This document shows, piece by piece, positions 47,006 to 56,816 of a DNA stretch of 64,000 nt; the stretch's first letter is position 1, and each line of letters begins with the position of its first letter. Source of the DNA: Candidatus Marinacidobacterium sp. (GTDB lineage: Bacteria; Acidobacteriota; Vicinamibacteria; Marinacidobacterales; Marinacidobacteraceae); assembly GCA_965204755.1 (NCBI GenBank), contig OZ242011.1, forward strand, positions 1,248,001-1,312,000. The letters are read 5' to 3'. Position numbers and translations under genes: made by a program. The notes under the pieces are model-generated. The model was not told the origin of the DNA and ran no database searches. It saw only the letters and a list, made by a program, of their open reading frames with translations.

Positions 47006-47962
47006 AAGGCGGCGGGAACGAAATCCGGCGGATTCCGAATGCTCGCGCTGGAGCCGACGACCCGGATCAGGAAGAAGCCCCGCCGCTCGGCATGCCGAAG
47101 CACGCTCTCGTCCGCCGAGAGGTAGGCGAGCGCCCCGTGGATGTTCATCCCGTTGCGGTCGAAGTCGGGCATCCAGAGCCGGAACTCCTCCATCCGCGTC
47201 CGGAACTGCCGGACATCTTCCGGCCGCAGCGTGGTCTTGACTTCGACGACCACCGACGCCTCCTCGCCCAAGGCGACCAGGTCCCACTCCCGGGTGTAGC
47301 CGCCGCGCGTGGCCGCCATGCGCCGGCGCGGCGGGGTGACCTCGATCCCGAAGTCGCCCAGGATCCCGGGCAGATCCCCTTCGGTGAGCGCCTCCATGAG
47401 GCGGCCCCAGCGGGCGTCGCCGTCCCCGATCACGCGGTGGATCTCCTTTTCGATCTTCCGCCAGCCCCTCTCGCGGTTGGCGTTCCACTCTCGAATGCCC
47501 TCCTGCACCGTGCCGAGGAACTCGTCGCCCGCCTGCCGGAAGAGCGCCACCTGCTCGTCGCCGGCCTTGCGCAGAAGAGCCAGGTGCTCGTCGTTGGCCT
47601 TCCGACGCAGCGCCAAGTCCCGGTCCGTCGCCTGACGCTGAGCCGCCAAGTCCTCGTCGCGGGCCTCCCGGCGGAGCGTCAGGTCCTCCTCGCGCTCCTT
47701 CCGGCGGAGCGATCGGTCCTCCTCGCGAGCCGCTCGATCTTTCTCGCGCTCCTTCCGACGGAGCGCCGAGTCCTCCTCGCGCTCCCGTCGCCGGATCGCC
47801 AGATCCTCCATCGCGAATCGGATATGCCACTCCTGATGGCGCTGCAACGCCTCCGCGAGAACGCGAAGAGCCCGCCACACCTCGGCGCGGTCGGCGTGGT
47901 AGCCCCGTCTCGGTCTCCGCCGCGCCGCTCGTCTCCTCACTGCCCGTCTCCTCACTCGCCAT
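47002..47962 (-). CDS. Coiled-coil protein with C-terminal PD-(D/E)XK nuclease-like domain; possible frameshift near the 5' end
   Basis: 11-residue helical repeats, then WG.LME.L, EWDLVA....VVVEVKTTL, GALAYL.......A...G.F.I. ATG at 47962 is out of frame with the body. Confidence 0.7.
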
Positions 47963-48040
47963 CCCGGGTGGGATCGTAGCGCGCGCCGGCCCGCGGGGCG
48001 ACGCGGCCCGATGGCGCGAGGAAGAGCGGCTCGATTCCCC

Positions 48041-49570
48041 TCAGCCGGCGGACGGAGGGCCGAACTCGATTCCCTGGGCCAGGGGCAGGTCCTCCGACCA
48101 GTTCACGGTGTTGGTCTGCCGGCGCATGTAGGCCTTCCAGGCGTCCGAGCCCGACTCGCGGCCGCCGCCGGTGTCCTTCTCCCCGCCGAACGCCCCGCCG
48201 ATCTCCGCGCCGGAGGTGCCGATGTTCACATTGGCGATGCCGCAGTCGGAGCCGCCGGCGGAGAGGAAGGTCTCCGCCTCGCGCACGCTGTCGGTGAAGA
48301 TCGCCGAAGAGAGCCCCTGCGGCACTTCGTTGTGGAGGCGGATCGCCGTCTCCAGCGAGTCGGTCTCCATCAGATAGAGGATCGGGGCGAAGGTCTCCTC
48401 GGCGACGAGGGGGCTCTGCCGCGGCATCCGCACCAGGGCCGGCTCCACCTGGTGGGGCCCGAGATCGGGCCGGCGGCCGCCTCCGCACACCACCGTACCG
48501 CCCTCGGCGACCGCCCGTTCGAGCGCCGCTTCCATCCCCCGCACCGCGTCCTCGGAGATGAGCGGCCCCATGAGCGTGGCCGGGTCGAGCGGATCGCCGA
48601 GGGCGACCTGGCGGTAGGCGTCCGCGAGCCGCGCCGTGAGCGGCTCCGCCACGGCGCGGTCCGCGAACACCCGCCGGGTGGTGGTGCAGCGCTGCCCGGT
48701 GGTTCCCACCGAGCCGAAGACGATGGCCCGAACCGCCAGGTCCAGGTCCGCCTTCGCGCTCACGATCACCGCGTTGTTGCCGCCGAGTTCCAGCAGGCAC
48801 CGCCCGAGCCGCCCGGCCACTGCCGAGGCCACCCGGCGCCCGACCGCGGTCGAACCGGTGAACGAGACCAGCGGGATCCGCCGGTCGGCGGCCAGCCGGG
48901 CGCCGATCTCGCCGCCCCCGACGACCAGGTTGAAGACGCCGGAGAGGCCGTGGTCCTCCATGACCCGGTTCGCGATCCGCTGCACCGCGAGCGCGCACAG
49001 CGGCGCCTGTTCCGACGGCTTCCAGATCAGCGGGTCCCCGCAGACCGCGGCGACGGCGGCGTTCCACGACCAGACCGCCATCGGGAAATTGAAGGCGGTG
49101 ATGACCGCCACCGGCCCGAGCGGGTGCCACTGCTCGAACATCCGGTGGCCGGGCCGCTCGGAGGCCATGGTGAGCCCGTAGAGTTGGCGCGACAGGCCCA
49201 CCGCGAAGTCGCAGATGTCGATCATCTCCCGGACTTCGCCGTGGCCCTCCGCCCGGATCTTCCCCACTTCGAGGGCGATCAGGTCGCCGAGCGGCTCCTG
49301 GTCCTCCCGGAGCGCCGCGCCGAGGTCCCGAACCAGGTCCCCGCGCTTCGGGGCCGGGAGGCGGCGGAACGACTCGAACGCTTCCGCGGCCGCCGCGGTC
49401 ACCCGTTCGAGCCCTGCCGCATCCGCCGGAACTACTTCTGCGATCGGTTTCCCGGTGTGGGGGTTGAGCGAAGCGAGCGCCGGCGCCTCGCTCAGGATCC
49501 AGGAACCCGGGCCATGACACGCTCCGGGCGCCCCGTCACCGAGTCCGAGCCGATCGAAGAGACTGTCCAT
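48041..49570 (-). CDS. Aldehyde dehydrogenase, ALDH7 (alpha-aminoadipic semialdehyde / P6C dehydrogenase-like)
   Basis: ITAFNFP, FTGST, LELGGNN, GQRCTT, ETFAP, GAEIGGAFGGEK.TGGGRESGSD. Confidence 0.93.
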   Translation of the reverse strand: MDSLFDRLGLGDGAPGACHGPGSWILSEAPALASLNPHTGKPIAEVVPADAAGLERVTAAAAEAFESFRRLPAPKRGDLVRDLGAALREDQEPLGDLIALEVGKIRAEGHGEVREMIDICDFAVGLSRQLYGLTMASERPGHRMFEQWHPLGPVAVITAFNFPMAVWSWNAAVAAVCGDPLIWKPSEQAPLCALAVQRIANRVMEDHGLSGVFNLVVGGGEIGARLAADRRIPLVSFTGSTAVGRRVASAVAGRLGRCLLELGGNNAVIVSAKADLDLAVRAIVFGSVGTTGQRCTTTRRVFADRAVAEPLTARLADAYRQVALGDPLDPATLMGPLISEDAVRGMEAALERAVAEGGTVVCGGGRRPDLGPHQVEPALVRMPRQSPLVAEETFAPILYLMETDSLETAIRLHNEVPQGLSSAIFTDSVREAETFLSAGGSDCGIANVNIGTSGAEIGGAFGGEKDTGGGRESGSDAWKAYMRRQTNTVNWSEDLPLAQGIEFGPPSAG

Positions 49571-49626
49571 AGCCGAAGAATCCTGCTCCCCGGCCCTGGC
49601 CGGCGACTCACCCATCCGAAACGAAA

Positions 49627-49657
49627 CGGGGCGGAGGCCGACCCGGCCCCCGCCCCG
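49627..49657 (-). terminator. Putative intrinsic terminator / mRNA hairpin after the TonB-dependent receptor gene
   Basis: CGGGGCGGAGGCCG-acc-CGGCCCCCGCCCCG stem, followed by TTTCGTTTCG on the minus strand. Confidence 0.55.
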
Positions 49658-49675
49658 AAAGAACTCGGCGCGGAC

Positions 49676-52543
49676 TCAGAACGCGAACTTCACCCCGACG
49701 AAGGCCCTCCGGGGATCGATCCACCGTTCGCCCACGCCGAAGAGCGACGATCCGAACGCCTGTGAACCCAAGTCCTCGGTCGCCGTCGAATTGAAGATGT
49801 TGAGAATGTCCACGAGCGGCTCGATCTTCCCGCGTTCGCCGAAGTAGAACGCCCTGGATATCCGCAGATCGAGAAGGTTCTGCACTTCCAGCCGCCGGGA
49901 GCCGGGCGAATTCAGGTAGATGTTGGTTCCACCCTGCGGAAGGACATCCTTCGGCACTCGATCCCTCACGCCCCATGGTTTGCCGTTGAAGAGCGCGTAG
50001 TTGAATCCGAAGAGGACATCGCCCGGAATCACGATCGCGCCGGTAACGCGGAAAGTATGCGTCCGGTCGTTCAGCAGGTGCCCCGTGGCGTTCGTGAACT
50101 GGTTCGGATCTCTCGCCAGTGAACTGTTATAGACCCTGGTCGTCTGGCTGGACGCGGCACCGAAACCGCTGGACGGCAACAGACCGTAGGCTCGGGACAA
50201 TACATAGGACACCTGCGCCTGCCACCGGTCCGCCATTCGTTTGTTCAGGATGAACACCAGCCCGTTGTAGTCCATGTAGAGGGGTCTGCAGTAGTACGAG
50301 ATGCCCTCGCAGGTCACATTGCTCAACCGGAAGTAGCGGTCGTTCGGGTCGGTGAGGATGGGATAGACATCGTAGGCCTGTCCGTCCTTCGCAGTCCAGG
50401 AAACGCGGCCGTAAGACGCGTTGTCGGTGTTCCAGCCGAGCATGTCGTTCTGGTCCTTGCGCACATAGGAAAAACCGAACGCGAACCCCGCGGAGAGTTC
50501 CCGGTCGAAACCGATCGAGAATTGGTCCGTGCGCGGCGACCGGCCGTTCGGGTCGAAACCGAAATTCGTCGCGGCCTCGTACTTCGGCCCTTCGATGTCG
50601 TACATCCCGGTCTCGGCGTTCCAATACCACTCCTGCGAGTTCCCCTGCCCCGGATGGACACCGGACATCTCGCCCGTGATCGCCGCCCGGTAGAAGCGCC
50701 CGAAATTGCCGCGAAGCACGGTGCGGCCGTCTTCGTCGAGTTTGATGTTGAAGCCGACCCTGGGCCCCCAGTTCGTCCATTCGTAGAGTTCCCCGGCGCC
50801 CGGCGCGGCGCCCTGCGCTTCGAATTGCATGTCCGCGATGTCCGTAGCCACGAGGTTGTCGAGATCCGGGCTGATCCCCCGCACCCGGTCGAATCGCAGC
50901 CCGGCGGAGATCGTGGCGCGGTTCCCGATGTTGAGCACATCCTCGGCGAAGACGCCCAACTCCCGGAATTCGCCGCCGACATTGTAGTTCGAACCGAGCG
51001 AGATGTAGTTGGGACTGCCGTCACCGTTGTCGTAATAGACGACCCCGCCCGGATAGTTCGGCCCGGGTGTATAGCCTCCGTGCGAACTGTGGTTTCCGAT
51101 CACATAGGAGACGCCGAACTTGAAGTCGTGGTCGCCGCCCATCCAGTCGCTGGCGTAGTGGCTCACCTTCGCCTTCACTTCCGTTCGCCCCTGCTTGAAG
51201 ATGTCGAACGAGGGCGCGCCGCCGGAGGCGATTCCGTTGTCGATGTCGTTTCGGCGCGGCACGCCCGGGTTGTTCGGCCGGCTGACATCACGGGGCGAGT
51301 AGAAACCGGAGAGGGCCAACTCGTAGAAGGTGCTGTCCGACAGGATGTGCGTGATGCGGCCGAAAGTCACCGCGGGGTTGTTGCCGCTGAAAGTCCACGC
51401 GGCCTCGAACGGACGGCTGACGGAGGGCGTGGACGGGATCACCCACCAGTCGTTGTGGTAGGTGTGCATGAACTTGACATTGGGCGTGATGTCGGCGGTT
51501 ACCTTCCAAAAGGCCCGGTGCGCCCCGAACTCTCGCGGATGCTCGGGATTCGTGCCCGGCTGGTTGTCCCAGTCCTGGAGATACTGGTATCCGCCATAGA
51601 TCCAAGCGCGGTCGCGAATGATCGGCCCCCCGACATGCGCCGTGGCATCGATGTACTTGTTGCGGGTGAAACCCCAACCGTCGGAGTCCATTTCGCCGTC
51701 CGCGTTGACCCGGACCGGCTTGGAAGTCAGGCGATCGAACATGCCGAAGTAGGCGCCATCGGCGCGATACTCGTTCGTGCCCTGCTTGGTCACGACATTG
51801 AAGACGGCCCCGGCGGCGCTTCCGTACTCGGCGGAGGCGCCGAGGGACACGATCTCCATTTCCTCGATCACATCGGTGTCCGGCCACGGCCAGGCGGCGC
51901 CCGACACCGGGGCGGTGAAGTCCACGCCGTCCATGAGGTACCGGTTCTCGTCCACGCCGGACCCGAACGCCGACACCCGGCTGCTCGTGCCGCTGGTCGG
52001 ATTCGTCGCCGACATCCCCGGGGCGCTCTTGGTGAAGTCGAAGAAACTGAAGCGCCGCAGCGGCGTATTCTCCATGTACTCGTTGGAGAAGTTCGTCGAG
52101 ACCCCGGACCTCCGCGTATCGACGACCGGACTCTCGCCGGTCACCGTCACCGTCTCGGCCACGGCGGCCAGCCCGAGCGAAACGGCCCGTTCCGTCGTCC
52201 CTCCGAGCAGCACGACCATCCCTTCCTCGATGTAGGTCCCGAATCCGGAGAGTTCCACCCGGAGCACATAGTCGCCGGGCGGCAGGTTCGGAAAGCGGAA
52301 ATCCCCGGTTGCGTCCGCGGTCGTCGCGAGTGTCCCCACGGCGAGCGCCTCCGAGGTGACGGTCACCGTCGCGCCCGGAAGGATGCCCCCCTGATCGTCG
52401 GTGACCGTTCCCAGAATCGCCCCGGTCGTCTGTCCCGAGGCCGTACCGACCGAGAACAGGAGTCCGACCAGCGCCGCCGCTCCGCGAAGAATGTGTGTTC
52501 CGGACACCGCGAACCCTCCTGAAGGGATGTTGGAACGCCGCAC
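49676..52543 (-). CDS. TonB-dependent receptor (Oar-like) with N-terminal carboxypeptidase-regulatory-like domain
   Basis: GTVTD..G.ILPGATVT, LPPGDY, plug AEYG.A.GAV.NVVTK.GTN, C-terminal PR....GVKFAF. Start may be GTG 52507. Confidence 0.92.
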   Translation of the reverse strand: MRRSNIPSGGFAVSGTHILRGAAALVGLLFSVGTASGQTTGAILGTVTDDQGGILPGATVTVTSEALAVGTLATTADATGDFRFPNLPPGDYVLRVELSGFGTYIEEGMVVLLGGTTERAVSLGLAAVAETVTVTGESPVVDTRRSGVSTNFSNEYMENTPLRRFSFFDFTKSAPGMSATNPTSGTSSRVSAFGSGVDENRYLMDGVDFTAPVSGAAWPWPDTDVIEEMEIVSLGASAEYGSAAGAVFNVVTKQGTNEYRADGAYFGMFDRLTSKPVRVNADGEMDSDGWGFTRNKYIDATAHVGGPIIRDRAWIYGGYQYLQDWDNQPGTNPEHPREFGAHRAFWKVTADITPNVKFMHTYHNDWWVIPSTPSVSRPFEAAWTFSGNNPAVTFGRITHILSDSTFYELALSGFYSPRDVSRPNNPGVPRRNDIDNGIASGGAPSFDIFKQGRTEVKAKVSHYASDWMGGDHDFKFGVSYVIGNHSSHGGYTPGPNYPGGVVYYDNGDGSPNYISLGSNYNVGGEFRELGVFAEDVLNIGNRATISAGLRFDRVRGISPDLDNLVATDIADMQFEAQGAAPGAGELYEWTNWGPRVGFNIKLDEDGRTVLRGNFGRFYRAAITGEMSGVHPGQGNSQEWYWNAETGMYDIEGPKYEAATNFGFDPNGRSPRTDQFSIGFDRELSAGFAFGFSYVRKDQNDMLGWNTDNASYGRVSWTAKDGQAYDVYPILTDPNDRYFRLSNVTCEGISYYCRPLYMDYNGLVFILNKRMADRWQAQVSYVLSRAYGLLPSSGFGAASSQTTRVYNSSLARDPNQFTNATGHLLNDRTHTFRVTGAIVIPGDVLFGFNYALFNGKPWGVRDRVPKDVLPQGGTNIYLNSPGSRRLEVQNLLDLRISRAFYFGERGKIEPLVDILNIFNSTATEDLGSQAFGSSLFGVGERWIDPRRAFVGVKFAF

Positions 52544-52753
52544 CGGCCACCGGCGAGCCGTCCATAGCCCGGCGCCGATCGGCGTAATTTGGAGGAGCGT
52601 ATTTATCCGATTCTCCGGGATCTGTCAAATCGAATCCGGCGGTTCACGGCGGCGGAGCAAGCCGCGCGGTCGCCGACGCCCGACGCGGACCTCGGGCGCC
52701 CGGGCTTCCGGCAGCCTCCCGCGCCGGCCGGGAACCGGGCGATAATCGGCCTG

Positions 52754-55069
52754 ATGACTCGGGGCCGCGGGCGAGTCGCCGGGGCGGGCATCGCCGCCGG
52801 ACTCGCCGGGATCGCCGCTCTCGGCCTCGGCAGGTGCGGGAGTTTTCCCGGAGGCGCCGACCCGATCCGGCCCCTGAATGTGGTCGTCGTCACCCTCGAC
52901 ACCCTCTCGGCGCGGCACCTCACCCCCTACGGCCAGACCCGGATCGAGACGCCGGCGTTCGAGCGCGTCGCCGCCGAGGGCGTCCTGTTCGAGCAGGCGG
53001 CGGCCACCGTCCCGCTGACCCTGCCCTCGCACTCCTCGATGTTCACCGGGACCTACCCCATGTTCCACGGGGTGCGGGACAACGGCGGCTACTACCTGCC
53101 CGAGGACTCGGAGACCCTCGCGGAGGCGCTCGCCGCCGCCGGGTACCGCACCGGGGCATTCACCGCGGCCTTCGTCGTGGACTCCCGATGGGGCCTCGAC
53201 CAGGGCTTCGAGCGGTACTTCGACGACTTCGATTTCCGGGAGTTCGAGCGGATCAGTCTGGACAGCGTCCAGCGGCCCGGCGACGAAGTCCTCGACGAAG
53301 CGATCCGCTGGATGGAGGGCGTCCGGGGCGAGCGGTTTTTCGCCTGGCTCCACTTCTACGACCCCCACTGGCCCTACGAGCCGCCGGAACCCTGGCGGTC
53401 CGCCGCCGGTGACTACCCGGAAGCCGCCTACGACAGCGAAGTGGCGTTCACCGATTCCCTCGTCGGCCGGCTGCTCGACTGGCTGGACGAGACCGGGCTG
53501 GCGGAAGACACCCTGCTGGCGCTGATCGCCGACCACGGCGAGAGCCTGGGGCGCCACCGGGAGGGCGCCCACGGGTTCTTCATCTACGACGCCACGATGG
53601 CGGTCCCCTTCCTCCTGCGGACGCCCTACCGGCAAGTCGGCGGCGGCCGCCGCGTTTCGGCGCAGGTGCGCGGCATCGACCTGATGCCCACGGTGCTCGA
53701 CCTGGTGGGCGTTCCCGTTCCGGAAGCGGTGCAGGGGGAGAGTCTCGTCCCGCTGGCGGACGGCTCGGTGGACGACCTGGGGCTGTGGGCCTACTCGGAG
53801 AGCCTCTACCCGAGGAACCACTACGGCTGGTCGCCCCTCCGGTCGCTCCGGAACGGCATCCTCCACTTCATCTCCGCCCCCCGCCCGGAACTCTTCGAAG
53901 TGGCCTCCGACACCGGCGAAACGACCGACCTGGCGCGGTCCCGGCCGGGCCAGGTGCGCCAACTGGAACGGCTGCTGGCCCGGATCACCGACGAGTTCTC
54001 GGCGGAGGAGCGGAGCGGCGCAGAGCCGGAAACGCTGGACGAGGACACCCGCGCCCAGTTGGCCGCCCTCGGCTACCTGGGCGGCTCGTCCCGGGTGGCG
54101 GTGGAGGAAGGGGCGGCGCTGGCGGACCCGAAGGACAAGATCGCGCTCTACAACCTCCTGAAGGCCGCCGGGACCGACTCCTCGGAGGATCGGGTGGACG
54201 AGGCGCTCGCCAAGGTGGGGCGGGTGCTGGCGGAGGACGACGCCATCCTCGAGGCGCACCTGGTCCGGGGCAACCTGCTGCGGAAACTCGAGGACTGGGA
54301 CGGGGCGGTCGCCGCCTACCGGCGGACGCTCGAACTCGACCCCGGGTACAAGTCGGGGATCCTCGGCCTGGCGGACGCCTACCGGCTGGCGGAGCGCTAC
54401 GAGGAGGCCGCCGCCGGCTACCGGCGCCTGCTGGAACTCGACCCGAACGACAACAAGGCGCACTTCCACCTGGCGGAGATCCGCGCCGCGCAGGAGGACT
54501 ACGACGCCGCGCTGGAAGTGCTGGCCGGGCTCGAGGCCACCGGGGAGGAGCGCGCCCCGGCGCGGAACCTGAAGGGGCAGGTCCTGCTCAGCCTCGGCCG
54601 GCTCGACGAAGCGGAAGCGGAGTTCCGCCGGGCGCTCGCCATGGACGACGAACTCTCGGACGCCTGGTACAACCTGGCGCTGCTGTTCGAGCAGCGGGGC
54701 AACGCCGACCGGGCGCTCGACGCCTACGAGACGCGGCTCTCGATGGCGCCCCGGGACTTCCGGTCCCACTTCAACGCCGCCAAGTTGTACGGGGCGCTGG
54801 GGGACCGGGAGCGGATGGAGGCGTCCTTCCGCGCCGCGGTGGAGGCGAACCGGGAGTTCGCCGTGGGCCATCTCTACCTGGCGAAGGCGCTGCTCGACCG
54901 GGGGGAACTGGCGGAGGCGGAAGAAACCGCGCTCCGCGGACTGGCCCTCGACCCGGAGCGGGAGATGGCTCCCCTCGGCCACTTCGTCCTCGCCGATGTG
55001 TACAACCGCCTGGGCCGCCCGCGGGACGCGGAGCGCGAAGTCGCCCGGGCGCGCGCCCTCTCCCGCTGA
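52754..55069 (+). CDS. Sulfatase-like hydrolase fused to TPR repeats
   Basis: NVVVVTLDTL, TLPSHSSMFTG..P..HGVRDN, HFYDPH, ADHGE, LAALGY, then TPRs. Confidence 0.9.
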   Translation: MTRGRGRVAGAGIAAGLAGIAALGLGRCGSFPGGADPIRPLNVVVVTLDTLSARHLTPYGQTRIETPAFERVAAEGVLFEQAAATVPLTLPSHSSMFTGTYPMFHGVRDNGGYYLPEDSETLAEALAAAGYRTGAFTAAFVVDSRWGLDQGFERYFDDFDFREFERISLDSVQRPGDEVLDEAIRWMEGVRGERFFAWLHFYDPHWPYEPPEPWRSAAGDYPEAAYDSEVAFTDSLVGRLLDWLDETGLAEDTLLALIADHGESLGRHREGAHGFFIYDATMAVPFLLRTPYRQVGGGRRVSAQVRGIDLMPTVLDLVGVPVPEAVQGESLVPLADGSVDDLGLWAYSESLYPRNHYGWSPLRSLRNGILHFISAPRPELFEVASDTGETTDLARSRPGQVRQLERLLARITDEFSAEERSGAEPETLDEDTRAQLAALGYLGGSSRVAVEEGAALADPKDKIALYNLLKAAGTDSSEDRVDEALAKVGRVLAEDDAILEAHLVRGNLLRKLEDWDGAVAAYRRTLELDPGYKSGILGLADAYRLAERYEEAAAGYRRLLELDPNDNKAHFHLAEIRAAQEDYDAALEVLAGLEATGEERAPARNLKGQVLLSLGRLDEAEAEFRRALAMDDELSDAWYNLALLFEQRGNADRALDAYETRLSMAPRDFRSHFNAAKLYGALGDRERMEASFRAAVEANREFAVGHLYLAKALLDRGELAEAEETALRGLALDPEREMAPLGHFVLADVYNRLGRPRDAEREVARARALSR

Positions 55070-55150
55070 GTGCCCCTTCCGGGCCGGAACCCGGCCACCG
55101 GGAGCGAAGGCCGGCGACGATGCCCCCGGGGCGGCCGGACGAAGACGAGG

Positions 55151-55500
55151 AGGGGACACGCAACAGGGAAATCCCGAGGGGACATCCAAAGGGACGACCG
55201 GCGCCCCAAAACCGGGAGGGTCTTGGAGTAATGTCATATTTTTCAACCAGTTATCGAGAGGAATACGGCGCGTCCCAAGGGACATCGGAGGGGACGCCGC
55301 AGAGGACATTTCCGGCGCCGGAACAGGGCTCGGAAGAACACCCGGAAAAGGACAAGATAGTGGACATATGGTTTGACAAAATGGAGGACATTTTCGAGAA
55401 GTATCGTGTATAAATATAAGTAAATATTGATATTTTCCATGATTCGATCCGGGACATCGGTCGTGACATAGCAAGGGACATTCCTGCGCTACACTTGCCC
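55151..55500 (+). promoter_or_regulatory. AT-rich promoter region of the Fic gene with a 12-bp-phased GACA motif array
   Basis: GACA at 55351/55363/55375/55387 and 55453/55465/55477; GACA/GACG at 55281/55293/55305 and 55181/55193. TACACT (-10-like) at 55490, 6 nt before the GTG. Confidence 0.65.
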
Positions 55501-55501
55501 C

Positions 55502-56749
55502 GTGAGCGAGTCGGGGCGGCCCTACCGCCAGTCCCATCCATGGCTGACTTTCCGCATGGACCTCTCTCGCGCCCCGCCTTCGCTGTGGGCGCTGCTGGGA
55601 CAGGCGCTGGCGATGTGCCGGCAAGTCGCCACCGCGATCCTCCCGGCGCCGGCGCGGGCGCAACTTCGGCATCTCTACCTGACCAAGGGCGCGCAGGCCA
55701 CGACGGCCATCGAGGGCAACACGCTCTCCGACGAGGAGGTCGAGGCCGTGATCGAGGGGACGGCGAACATTCCTCCCTCGCGGGCCTACCAAGAGACGGA
55801 ACTCCGGAATGTGGTGCAGGCCTTCGACGAAACCCTGCAGGCGCTCGACCGGGACCCCGATACGCGGTTGACGCCCGATCGGATCACCGCCTACAACCGC
55901 GGAGTTCTCAACGGCCTCGAGGAGCGCCTCGAAGAGGGAGTGGTCCCGGGAGAGATCCCCGAACACTCGGTCGGCGTCCGGGGAGCCGGGTACCGAGGCG
56001 CTCCGCGAAGCGACTGCGACTACCTGCTCGCGGAGTTGTGCCGGATGGTGGAACCTTCGGCGCAACTCGCGGCCGCCTTCCCGCCGGACGCCGAAAATCG
56101 GATGGCGACCGCCCTCGCGCACGCGATCCAGGCGCACCTCTATATCGCCTGGATTCATCCCTACGGCGACGGGAACGGGCGCACGGCCCGCCTCGTCGAG
56201 TTCTTCCTGCTGGTCCGCGCCGGCGTCGCGCCCGAGTGCGCCCACCTGCTGAGCAACCACTACAACCGAACGCGCCCCTCCTACTACTACGAACTCCAGA
56301 GGGCGAGCGCGGCGAATCGAGGAGCCGGCGACCCGCTGGGGTTCGTCGTCTACGCCCTGCGAGGGTTCGTGGATGGCCTGAGGGAACAGATCCGGGATGT
56401 GGAGCGCTTCCAGGAACGAATCGCCTGGGACAGTTTCGTCCAGGAGGTCGCGCGAGCCGAAGGGGGTTCGGCCGCGATGGCGGAGCGCCGCCACCGGGTC
56501 GCCGTCGCCCTGGCGGACACCGGCCCCACTCGAATGCGGGCCATTCCCGGCCTGACACCCGACTTGGCGCGACGCTACGCCGGCAAGGCGCTCAGGACGC
56601 TGAGCCGCGACCTGCGCTGGCTCGTAGAGCATGGTCTTCTCAAGGAGACAGACGGCGCGTTCGCCGCGCGCACCGACCTCCTAAGAGCCATCGGACTCTC
56701 CACGCGGCGGGCCGCTCGCGACGACGCCGCCGGGCGCGGTCAGAATTAG
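55502..56749 (+). CDS. Fic family protein with C-terminal winged-helix domain
   Basis: Inhibitory-motif-like TTAIEGN, Fic motif HPYGDGNGRTAR, C-terminal RTLSRDLRWLVEHGLL. Confidence 0.92.
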   Translation: MSESGRPYRQSHPWLTFRMDLSRAPPSLWALLGQALAMCRQVATAILPAPARAQLRHLYLTKGAQATTAIEGNTLSDEEVEAVIEGTANIPPSRAYQETELRNVVQAFDETLQALDRDPDTRLTPDRITAYNRGVLNGLEERLEEGVVPGEIPEHSVGVRGAGYRGAPRSDCDYLLAELCRMVEPSAQLAAAFPPDAENRMATALAHAIQAHLYIAWIHPYGDGNGRTARLVEFFLLVRAGVAPECAHLLSNHYNRTRPSYYYELQRASAANRGAGDPLGFVVYALRGFVDGLREQIRDVERFQERIAWDSFVQEVARAEGGSAAMAERRHRVAVALADTGPTRMRAIPGLTPDLARRYAGKALRTLSRDLRWLVEHGLLKETDGAFAARTDLLRAIGLSTRRAARDDAAGRGQN

Positions 56750-56816
56750 GAACCCGGCGGCCGGAAGGGCGGGGCGAATCGCCCTCCCGGAGCGCGCCGC
56801 CAACGGAGCACCCCCC

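Noticed and set aside
45344-47962. 872-aa ORF read as a single protein
   Set aside because: Its middle overlaps the PD-(D/E)XK gene in another frame and has shadow-like composition. It is better explained as two genes.
55151-55500. CRISPR array or small ORF in the GACA-repeat region
   Set aside because: The cores are 4-6 bp at a 12-bp period, not 25-45-bp repeats with spacers, and there are no cas genes. The small ORFs here have atypical codon usage.
52625-56632. Very long antisense or alternate-frame ORFs (for example 52625..56632 -, 28174..31653 -, 38511..41243 -, 8600..10606 -, 24523..26850 +)
   Set aside because: These are shadow frames of well-supported genes. Stop codons are rare at this GC content, and the translations are Arg/Pro/Gly-rich with no motifs.
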